From: Thermoanaerobaculia bacterium
Lineage (GTDB): Bacteria > Acidobacteriota > Thermoanaerobaculia > UBA5066 > Gp7-AA6
Assembly: GCA_038224325.1 (NCBI GenBank)
Contig: JBBRFL010000008.1
Span: 7,899 to 71,898 of the forward strand
Direction of reading: 5' to 3'
DNA: 64,000 bases
Positions 49,498 to 57,653 of this stretch are shown here, piece by piece. The notes under the pieces are model-generated. The model made no database searches, had not been told where the DNA came from, and was given only the letters and a program-made list of their open reading frames with translations. How positions within the stretch are numbered: the stretch's first letter is position 1; the number at the start of each line of letters is the position of its first letter. The translations under genes were made by a program, and so were the position numbers.

Positions 49498-52400
49498 TCC
49501 ACTCCCACCTTCGAGGCGACCGCGGCCACGCCGTCGCGGGGGGTGTGGGCCTTCCAGGCCACTCCCCACTTCTTCTCGAAGTACGCCTGGTTCTTCTTCC
49601 AGAGCGCGTCGTAGTCGGCGGGCGAGAGCTTGCGGAAGGCGCCCTGGCCGACGTGGTGCACGTAGGCGTCCTCGGCGCACGCCACGCGGAAGCCGACCTG
49701 GCGCATACGGACCGCGAAGTCGTCGTCCTCGAACATGCCGACGCCGTAGGCCTCGTCCAGGGGACCCACACGCTCCGCGACGCCACGCCGCATGGCCACG
49801 CAGTACATCGCGGCGACCCCGATGTCGAACACGCGCCCGCGGTAGTCCCGGGCACGCCGCGCGGCAAACGCCGGAAGGCCCGAGAGGTCGGCAGAGGAGT
49901 AATCCGGCTCGACGCGCGCCTCGTTGCCGCAGAAGTTCGTCGTGGGACAGAGCAGCCCGATCGAACGATCGCGCTCGAGGTGGGCCGCGAGCCGGCCGAT
50001 CAGGCCCGGCGGCACGACCGTGTCGTTGTTGAGGAGCACCAGGACGTCGCCGAGGGACTCCGCGATGCCCTGGTTGTTGGCCGCGGCGAATCCTCGGTTC
50101 TCGGCGTTCAGAATGCAACGCACGCGCGCGTCCCGCGCCGCCAGCGCGCGGAGGTAGTCGGGCGTGCCGTCGCCCGAGGCGTTGTCCACGACGAGGACCT
50201 CGAGACGCGGCCAGGTCTCCGCGGACAGCAGGGACTCCATGCACGCGCGCGTGAGCTCGAGGCCTCCGTACGTCACGACGATTACCGACACCAGCGGAAA
50301 CGTTTCGGCGAGCCCGCTCGCGATCGTCTCGTACCGGCGGGCCCAGTCGTTCTCCTCGGCCACGCGGCGCCGAGCGGCCCGCCGGGGATCGTTCGCCGGC
50401 TCGGCGAGCGCGGCGTCGATCTTCGCGAGGAAGTCCTCGTGCCCGCGGGCGAGATACGCCAGCGATTCGTACGGGAGCAACTCGGTCAGCGCGGGGGCGA
50501 CGACCGGTTTTCCGCCGTACAGGTACTCGTAAAACTTGACGGGGTTGGTCGCCTCCGTGATGTCGTTGACGAGGAACGGGATGATGCAGGCGTCGAAGTT
50601 CCACAGGAGCCCCGGCATCTCGGCGTAGGGCCGCTGCCCGAGCAGGCGCACGTTCGGCAGCCGGGACAGGGGCGAGAGATCCACGTCGAAGTGCCCTCCG
50701 GCGAGCACGATCGTCGCCTGGGGATGCCGCGCCGCGATCTTCTCGAGCAAAGGCACGTCCACCCACGAGGCGAGCGCCCCGTAGTAGCCGATGACGGGGT
50801 GGGAGACGCCTCCGAGGAGATCGTTCTCGCCGTAGAGCGACCGGTAGTGCTCGCCGTCGATGCCGTTCTTCGCGAGGATCAGGCGGGGCGAGACCCCGCT
50901 CCACTTGTCATGGAGTCGGTCCGCGGAGACGATGGTCGCGTCGGCGCCGCGGACCAGCGATTCCTCGCGCGTCAGCACCGCGCTTCCGAATCCGGGGAAG
51001 TTGGTCCACTCGTCCATGCAGTCGTACGCGATCCGCCAGCCCATTCGCTCGCGCAGGCGCTCGGCGAGCGGCGCCCAGAACGGGATCTGGACCAGGCATA
51101 CCGCGTCCCCCATCGCGAGGTCCGCGGCCATGGCCTCGAAGGCCTCCGCGAGGATGTCGACCTCTCCATCGTCCAGCGATCCCCCGTAGACATCGAGCGC
51201 CCGGCGGGAGCGGATGCGCAGCTCCCCCACGTTCTCGGCCTTGCGCGCGAGATCCCAGGCGGGCCCTCCCTCGGCCAGGAAACGGGTCGTCGAGAGATAG
51301 AGGACGCGATGGCCGTGGCGGCCGAACTGGGTCGCGAGCTGCTGGGGCCTCTGAAATCGGAAGTCCCAGTCGATGATCGAAAACACGATCGCGTCGTACC
51401 GACCCCGGGGCTCCGCCGGCACCGCGTCGAACGGCGGGCTGCCGCCGCCCGGCTCGAGTCGAACGAGCGCGTCGGGCGCCGCGACCGGAGCGAGCGTGCG
51501 GCGCATCCAGCGGGCGACCGGCCGGGGAATCAGCCTTCGGCCCACGGCGAAGAGCGGCGTCCCCGGCGCGGTCGCTTCCCCCACCGCGCGTCGGGCCGCC
51601 GCCGCCGCCGCCCGCAGCCGCTGTGCCCGGTGCCTGAGGCGGCCGAGCCGCGACCGGTCCCAGCGCTCGAGCTCCGCGAGAACCTCCTCGAGGTGACGCC
51701 GGCGCTGCTCCGACTCCGCGGCGATCCGCGCCCGCTCGGCTTCGATGCGGTCGATCTCCGACCGCAGGGCTGCCGACGTGTCCGCGAGAACCTGATCGCG
51801 GCGGGCGACCTCTCCGCGCAGGAATCCCATTCCCTCGAGCTGGACCGCGGCCTCGGCGCGCAGGAAGTGGATTCCCTCCGCCTGCTCCGAGACGATCCGG
51901 TCCAGCCGCCGGATCTCCCGGATCCGCGCGCCGAGAGCCGAGGAGGCCGATTCGGGACCGGGCCCTCTTTCGCCGGCTCCCGGAGAAGTCGCGGGGTGCC
52001 GCGTGGGGATGCGATCGAGCCGTTCTCTAAGCGCCCGGTATCGAATCGACCACGTGTTCTCGAGGGCGATTTCCCGGCGGCGCGCCGCCCGCGCCACGTC
52101 GTCCGGCCTGCGCGAGAGGGCGCGCTCGAGCGCGGCGCCGAACTCGGCGGGCGAGTCGTAGAGCTCGACGAGGTCCGAGAACGGCTCGATCTCGGGCAGC
52201 CGGCGGGCGACGACCGGCTTGCCGGTCGCGAGGTACTCGTAGAGCTTGACGGGGTTGGTGGCCTCGGTCAGAGGAGTCCGTCGAAACGGAATCGTGCAGA
52301 CGTCGAACGCCGTGAGCTGCTCCCCCAGATTCTCGTAAGGGACTTCCCCGGTGCGATGGATGTTTCGCAGCGCATCGAGACGGCCCGGCGATGACCCGTC

Positions 52401-52991
52401 CGCGCGCCCCACCAGCACGAAGGACCAGTCGGGCCGCCGCGAGGCCGCCTGCGCCACCGCGTCCACGTCGAACCACTCGGCGATTGCCCCGTAGTAGCCG
52501 ACGACGGGCCGCGGCAGCCGTGCGAGCGGGCTCGACTCGCGGGCAGGCAACGCCCCGAAGCGCGCGGCGTCGGCGGCGTTGGGAAGGTGGAGGACGTCCG
52601 GTCGCACGGCGCGGATCCGCTCGAGCAGCGGGCGGGAGGTCGCCGTGACGAGATCGCTTTCCCGAATCAGCCTCCCCTCGTCGCGGGCGGTGTTCGGTCC
52701 GTGCGTCCCGAATCCCGTGTGATCGTCCAGGCAGTCGTAGACGATCCTCCACCCGTGGCGCTCGCGCATGCGGCGCGCCAACGGCTCCCACGACGGGTAT
52801 TGCACGATGCAGACCGCCTCGCGGATCCCGTGCCGGCGCGCGAGCTCCTGGATGCCCTCGAACGCCTGATCGAGCGACTCTCCCTCGAGCGTTTCGCCGT
52901 AGAGCTCGAAGTCGAATTCCCCCGGCAGGCCGGCCTCGTAGACGCGGTCCGAGACCGCGCGCAGCGTGGGTTCGTGGTCGAGGCCGAGCAA
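49494..52991 (-). CDS. Three-module glycosyltransferase: two paralogous GT-B-like modules separated by a coiled coil, plus a C-terminal GT2 module. The true 5-prime end lies upstream of 52991
   Basis: There is an internal duplication (module 1 ...IVQYPSWEPLARRMRERHGWRIVYDCLDD...ATNPVKLYEYLATGKPVV; module 2 ...LVQIPFWAPLAERLRERMGWRIAYDCMDE...ATNPVKFYEYLYGGKPVV). The GT2 module reads VSVIVVTYGG...LVVDNASGDGT...ENRGFAAANNQG. Module-2-like sequence (DVFCLPIIEWGFRFQRPQQLLSEFARDGHRVFYLKTG) continues in frame to at least 53102, before the first canonical start. Confidence 0.8.
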   Translation of the reverse strand: MLGLDHEPTLRAVSDRVYEAGLPGEFDFELYGETLEGESLDQAFEGIQELARRHGIREAVCIVQYPSWEPLARRMRERHGWRIVYDCLDDHTGFGTHGPNTARDEGRLIRESDLVTATSRPLLERIRAVRPDVLHLPNAADAARFGALPARESSPLARLPRPVVGYYGAIAEWFDVDAVAQAASRRPDWSFVLVGRADGSSPGRLDALRNIHRTGEVPYENLGEQLTAFDVCTIPFRRTPLTEATNPVKLYEYLATGKPVVARRLPEIEPFSDLVELYDSPAEFGAALERALSRRPDDVARAARRREIALENTWSIRYRALRERLDRIPTRHPATSPGAGERGPGPESASSALGARIREIRRLDRIVSEQAEGIHFLRAEAAVQLEGMGFLRGEVARRDQVLADTSAALRSEIDRIEAERARIAAESEQRRRHLEEVLAELERWDRSRLGRLRHRAQRLRAAAAAARRAVGEATAPGTPLFAVGRRLIPRPVARWMRRTLAPVAAPDALVRLEPGGGSPPFDAVPAEPRGRYDAIVFSIIDWDFRFQRPQQLATQFGRHGHRVLYLSTTRFLAEGGPAWDLARKAENVGELRIRSRRALDVYGGSLDDGEVDILAEAFEAMAADLAMGDAVCLVQIPFWAPLAERLRERMGWRIAYDCMDEWTNFPGFGSAVLTREESLVRGADATIVSADRLHDKWSGVSPRLILAKNGIDGEHYRSLYGENDLLGGVSHPVIGYYGALASWVDVPLLEKIAARHPQATIVLAGGHFDVDLSPLSRLPNVRLLGQRPYAEMPGLLWNFDACIIPFLVNDITEATNPVKFYEYLYGGKPVVAPALTELLPYESLAYLARGHEDFLAKIDAALAEPANDPRRAARRRVAEENDWARRYETIASGLAETFPLVSVIVVTYGGLELTRACMESLLSAETWPRLEVLVVDNASGDGTPDYLRALAARDARVRCILNAENRGFAAANNQGIAESLGDVLVLLNNDTVVPPGLIGRLAAHLERDRSIGLLCPTTNFCGNEARVEPDYSSADLSGLPAFAARRARDYRGRVFDIGVAAMYCVAMRRGVAERVGPLDEAYGVGMFEDDDFAVRMRQVGFRVACAEDAYVHHVGQGAFRKLSPADYDALWKKNQAYFEKKWGVAWKAHTPRDGVAAVASKVGVD

Positions 52992-53195
52992 TCCCGTTTT
53001 CAGGTAGAAGACCCGGTGCCCGTCCCGCGCGAACTCGGAGAGCAGCTGCTGAGGCCTCTGGAAACGGAACCCCCACTCGATGATCGGAAGGCAAAAGACG
53101 TCGAAGCCCCGCGCGGGCGAGACGGACTCGGGGGCTTCGGAGGGTGCCTGGCTCAGGGGCCGTATCTTGCCACGAAAGAAACCGGCCCGGCCTCC

Positions 53196-53593
53196 TCAGG
53201 GCGCCGGGAGCATCAGGTCGACTTCCTCGATCTCTATGGAGGGAGCGCCGCCCCGCTTCTCGACGAGCTCGTACATGCGCTTCCAGACGGCCTCGACCTC
53301 GGCCGGCGCGTTGTCCGGGGTGTCATGGTCGCGCCAGGTCAGGACCTCGCGAAAGTAGGTTCCCCCCCGGTTTCCTTGCCCGCGACCAGAACGTGCGGAA
53401 CCTCGCGGACGAGAGCGAGCCGTCTCAGCAGAGGCCAGTGGTCCTCCCGCAGCAGCTTCTCCATCGCGGCCTCCTTGCCTTCGCGAACGTGAAAGGTGAC
53501 GACGACGGTCTCGGGATCCTTGGGTCCGCCCGCCGCCAGGGCGCAGGGCGCGGCTCCCGCGAGCGCCACAAGCAGAATCGCCGACATCTTCAT
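53196..53593 (-). pseudogene. Small secreted protein gene split by a frameshift in a G7 (plus-strand C7) homopolymer
   Basis: The ATG at 53593 has an SD (gggagga) and a signal peptide (MKMSAILLVALAGAAPCALA). The frame stops shortly after the run at 53362-53368. The shifted frame continues as TYFREVLTWRDHDTPDNAPAEVEAVWKRMYELVEKRGGAPSIEIEEVDLMLPAP and stops at 53196. Confidence 0.6.
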
Positions 53594-53701
53594 GGGGTCC
53601 TCCCGAGTGGGAGTACGGGCCCGCGCCGGCAAGGTTGCGCGGCCCCAAAAAAAGGGCGGGCCCGAAGGCCCGCCGCAACCGAACGGGGATCGATTCGAGG
53701 T

Positions 53702-56650
53702 TCAGAACGAAATGCGGGCTCCAAACCGAACCAGGCGCGGGCTCTGCAGCTCGAAGATGTTGTTGTAAGTGCTCGAGGTGACGTCCGTGACGGTTCCATC
53801 CGAAGCCGTCGCCGTCGCGGGCGTGCGCGCGTTGCGCTGGAGGACGGTCCCGCTGTTGAAGAGGTTGAAGAAATCCGCGGAGAGCGTGATCTGAAGCGGA
53901 CGCACGTCGAGAACCTTCTCGATGCGAAGGTCCGTGTCGAAGACGTTCTTGTAGCGATGGTCGCTGAGCTTGCCGATGATGTTGTCGCGGGGTCCCAGGC
54001 CGTCGCCCGGATCCAACCGCACGTACTGGAGGTAGGGGTAGCCCTCGCGCCCGTAGACGTTCCCGGCGACGGCAAAGCCCAGCGGGAGCTGGTACAGGCC
54101 GCCGACGTTGAACTGCCACCGCGAGTTCAGGAAGACCTCGGTCTTGTTGCCGTAGGCGCCGCCCGGCGCCGCGGCGATGTCATCCAACGCGCAGGTCGAT
54201 CCCGTCGCGACCGGGACCGCGGTGCCGGGCCAGACGAAGCCGTTGCCGCCGCGATTGCTGGTCGGGTCGTAGCACGAGTCGAGGCCGCCCTTCTGCTTCC
54301 AATCCTGATACGTGAAGGAACCGCGGACCATCCACCTGTTGGTCAACCGCTTCTGGAACGTCAGGTCGACGCCGTTGTAGAGCGTCTTGAAGTCCGGACG
54401 GTTGCTCATGGTGATGCCGGCCGGGACCGGGACGTTCGGATCCAGGGCGTAGTACGGCTGATGAAACGTGGTTCCGTCCGCGAGTGTTCCGTCCAGAAAC
54501 CCGGCGACCTGGTAGTCGTCTGCGGTGAGACCGGTGCGGTGCGGATAGATGGATCCGGTGTACCGCCGGTAGGTGTAGCCCACGCCGACGACGAATTCCG
54601 GGAGAACCTCCCGCTCGATGCCGGCGATGATCTCGTGCGTCTTGCCGGCCTTGAGGTTCGGATCGATCACGTTGGGGGAGACGGTCGAGGTGGGGTTGTT
54701 GGGGTCGAGGCCGTAGAAGTAGATGAGCCGAGAGAGGTCGACCTCGTCGCGGGTGATGACGTGGTCGCCGTTGGCGTCGTTCCAGGGGAAGAACTCCGCC
54801 GACAGAGCGCCGGCGTTGGCGAAGGAGATCGTGGCGCTGCCAAGCTGGTCCGCGTACTGCGAATAGCTGGCGCGCAGGAGCGTCTTCTTGTCCTCGCCCA
54901 GCGCGTAGGTCAGGCCGAGGCGAGGCACGACGTTCTTCCACGTGAAAGGCGCAGGCCGGTCGGTCGCATTGATCGTGGGAAGAATGTCTCCGAAGAGCGG
55001 GTTGCCCGGAATGGTCACCCCCTGGAGGTTGCCCTTCTGCACGTCGTACCGGACTCCCGCATTCACGGTCAGGTTGCCCATGGTCAGAGTGTCGGAGAGG
55101 AAACCGGTGTAGTACTTCAGGCCGACGTTGGTGACCGCCTGGCGGGTCAGGGTCGCGACCGGCTCGCCGAAGTTCGCGAGGTCGCCGAAGTTGCCAGCGC
55201 CGGGCCACGACGTGTTCGAGGCCACCCCGGTCTCGCGGTAGCTGAACCCGTACTTCAGCTCGTGACCCATCGCGCCGGTCGCGAAAAAGTAGGAGCCGTT
55301 CGCGTTGGCCTGCTTCTGCGGGCGGACCGTGTTGTAGGAGAAGTAGCTCCCCTGATACACGCCGTTGGGGTCGATGAAGAGGGAATCGAAGGTCGTCCCT
55401 CCCGCCGGCGTCAACGAGAACTCGTTGGCCACGTGCGAGTACGAAGCGGTCATGAAGAGGTTGGAGGAGAAGACCTGCGAAAGCTCGGCCTTCCAGATGC
55501 GCGAGGGACCGTCCTGGTTCCAGGCGGCCGGCGGCGGCCGGAGCGGGCTCACCCCGCGGCCCGACTTGATCTTGTTGCCGTCGGTGAAGGTGCCCGCCAG
55601 GGAGGTCGAGTCGAAGAGCTGCGCGTTCAGCTTGCCGTTCGTGTCCTTCAGGGTCGTGTTGTCCGGGTTTCCGTTGACGTTGAAGAGGTTGACTTGGTTG
55701 CGCCCGTAGGCGCCCCACAGCCAGAGCCGGTCCTTGATGATCGGCCCGCCTACCTCGACGCCGTAGTCCTGGACCTCGTTGACCCGGTTTCCGCCGCGCG
55801 CCGGCGGCACCTGGTCGAGAGCCTCCTGCGGCAGGTTGTTCCACTGCCACGCGCCGTCGGAGAGAAACACGCGGGCGGAGCCGTGGATGTCGTTGGAGCC
55901 GCGCTTCGTGACGAGGTTGAGCTGAACGCCCGGAGCCGCGGCGCTGACGTCGCTGCCGCCTGTCGACGCTTGCATCTCCTCGAACGAGTCGAAGTCGTAG
56001 TACATCGGGGAGCCGCCCAGGGCGCTCATGTCCGTGATCGTGGTCCCGTCGACGCTCCAAGTATTCTGGTCGGCCTGGGCGCCCCGCGCGGAATAATTGC
56101 TCTGCTGACCACTCTCGTTACCGCCGATGTTGACGCGGTCCATCTGCACGCCCGGGACGGACTGGAGGATGACCCAGGGGTCGCGCGCCGTCGGGATCGA
56201 CTTGAGCTGTTCCTGGTCGACGACCGCGCCGTTCTCGACCTTGCGCGTGTCAAGGAGCGACGGCTCGCCCTTGACGACCACGGTGGTTTCGACGCTCGAG
56301 ATCTTGAGTGCGGCGCTCGTGTTCGTGTTCTGGCCGATGGACGCTTGCACGTCGGGCTTGCTGACTTTGGAAAAGCCCTGGAGCTCGTACGTCAGCGTGT
56401 AGTTGCCCGGATCGAGATTGACGAATCGATATTCGCCGCGCGAGTCCGACGTCTGGCTCCTCGGGGCGCCGACGCCGGCGAGGGTGACGGTCACGCCGGG
56501 GAGCCGGCCGCCCTGCTCGTCGGTCACGTAACCGAAGATGTTGCCGGTCAATTGCTGCGCGGGAATTCCTGGAGCGAAGGCGAGCAGTGCCGCGACGGCA
56601 GCCGCCAGCGCCCACGCCCCCACGCGTCGCTTGTTCGTTTTTCCTCGCAT
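53702..56650 (-). CDS. TonB-dependent outer-membrane receptor with an N-terminal carboxypeptidase-regulatory-like domain (Oar-like)
   Basis: Start chosen at MRGKTNKRRVGAWALAAAVAALLAFAP (signal peptide). The CarboxypepD_reg motif reads GNIFGYVTDEQGGRLPGVTVTLAG...SDSRGEYRFVNLDPGNYTLTYELQGF. A long beta-barrel follows, ending RLVRFGARISF. Confidence 0.85.
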   Translation of the reverse strand: MRGKTNKRRVGAWALAAAVAALLAFAPGIPAQQLTGNIFGYVTDEQGGRLPGVTVTLAGVGAPRSQTSDSRGEYRFVNLDPGNYTLTYELQGFSKVSKPDVQASIGQNTNTSAALKISSVETTVVVKGEPSLLDTRKVENGAVVDQEQLKSIPTARDPWVILQSVPGVQMDRVNIGGNESGQQSNYSARGAQADQNTWSVDGTTITDMSALGGSPMYYDFDSFEEMQASTGGSDVSAAAPGVQLNLVTKRGSNDIHGSARVFLSDGAWQWNNLPQEALDQVPPARGGNRVNEVQDYGVEVGGPIIKDRLWLWGAYGRNQVNLFNVNGNPDNTTLKDTNGKLNAQLFDSTSLAGTFTDGNKIKSGRGVSPLRPPPAAWNQDGPSRIWKAELSQVFSSNLFMTASYSHVANEFSLTPAGGTTFDSLFIDPNGVYQGSYFSYNTVRPQKQANANGSYFFATGAMGHELKYGFSYRETGVASNTSWPGAGNFGDLANFGEPVATLTRQAVTNVGLKYYTGFLSDTLTMGNLTVNAGVRYDVQKGNLQGVTIPGNPLFGDILPTINATDRPAPFTWKNVVPRLGLTYALGEDKKTLLRASYSQYADQLGSATISFANAGALSAEFFPWNDANGDHVITRDEVDLSRLIYFYGLDPNNPTSTVSPNVIDPNLKAGKTHEIIAGIEREVLPEFVVGVGYTYRRYTGSIYPHRTGLTADDYQVAGFLDGTLADGTTFHQPYYALDPNVPVPAGITMSNRPDFKTLYNGVDLTFQKRLTNRWMVRGSFTYQDWKQKGGLDSCYDPTSNRGGNGFVWPGTAVPVATGSTCALDDIAAAPGGAYGNKTEVFLNSRWQFNVGGLYQLPLGFAVAGNVYGREGYPYLQYVRLDPGDGLGPRDNIIGKLSDHRYKNVFDTDLRIEKVLDVRPLQITLSADFFNLFNSGTVLQRNARTPATATASDGTVTDVTSSTYNNIFELQSPRLVRFGARISF

Positions 56651-57139
56651 AACTTTCAGACCTCTCTGTTGAAGGTTGCTCTTTCGCGTTCTCTCGAAGC
56701 CTCTTCGTTCTCCTCGCAGGGTCCTCCTCCTTTCCGCCGCGCCGCGTTTCCGCCGACGGCGTGACCTGACGGAGAGCAACGCGAGTGCCACGCGCGCCGC
56801 GGACCACGTTGCACGCCGACGTGTCGAGCGCGGCGATTGCGGGGACGGAGATCGCCGCAAGGCGGACGAGATTTCCGGAGAGAGCGGGCGGCCGCGGCGC
56901 GATCCGGATTGCCGGATCTCGAATCAACGGGTCGGAATCAGAGGACGACCGCGAAAGGAGTGACGAAGCCGGAGCGCCGGAGGCTCAGCCGGAGAATCGC
57001 GCGGACCCGTCGGAGTGGACTCCCGCGATCGACCTCCACGATCCGGGTTTTTGGACCGCGCGCGCCGCGAAGCCGGCCAAACCGCCGACGCGCGCGGCGG
57101 ACGAGATTTTATTTTCGGGTTTTTCTCGGGAAGCTGGAC

Positions 57140-57643
57140 TTAGTGACCGTCGGCGGGCTCCGGCCGCCCCGGGAGCGGCTGCTCGCCGCGCTCGAGACGC
57201 CGGGCGAAGATCGCGTCGAGCGACAACGGACCCGCGCCGTACGCGCCCAGCCAGAGGCAGAGGACGATGTAGAGATACTCGGCGAAGCCGAAGAGATCCG
57301 AGAGCTCGTGGACCTCCGCTCTCTTCGCGGTCACGATCGCGACGAGCATCGTGCCGATCAGCGGAAGGGTGGCCAGCCGCGTGCACAGGCCCAGGAGCAT
57401 CAGCGCTCCGCACAGGAGCTCCGCTCCCGCGGCCAGCGGCGCCTGAAACCGGGGCGCCGGAATCCCGAGCTGCGTGAAGAACGCGATCACCTTGGGAAGG
57501 TTGTTCAGCTTTCCCCAGCCGGACTGGAGGAAGATCCATCCGAGCGTCAACCGGGCCACCGTCGGCGGCAGCCAGCGCAAGCCGGTCGCGACCCGGAGGA
57601 TGAGGCGGCGGAGGCGCGAGATCCGATCGGTCGACGTCGGCAT
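57140..57643 (-). CDS. DoxX-family membrane protein
   Basis: Start chosen at MPTSTD, preceded by the SD aggagg. The sequence LTLGWIFLQSGWGKL...FFTQLGIPAP...APLAAGAELLCGALMLLGLCTRLATLPLIGTMLVAI is typical of DoxX. Confidence 0.8.
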   Translation of the reverse strand: MPTSTDRISRLRRLILRVATGLRWLPPTVARLTLGWIFLQSGWGKLNNLPKVIAFFTQLGIPAPRFQAPLAAGAELLCGALMLLGLCTRLATLPLIGTMLVAIVTAKRAEVHELSDLFGFAEYLYIVLCLWLGAYGAGPLSLDAIFARRLERGEQPLPGRPEPADGH

Positions 57644-57653
57644 GGTGTTCCTC

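Noticed and set aside
56651-57139. The 490-nt region upstream of the TonB-dependent receptor, considered as a hidden gene or riboswitch (ORFs 56676..56963, 56785..57477, 56837..57976).
   Set aside because: The translations are Arg-rich junk and I could not recognise a structured-RNA family by eye. The only element noted is a weak hairpin (57082-57100) that may terminate the DoxX transcript; I judged it too weak to list as a feature.
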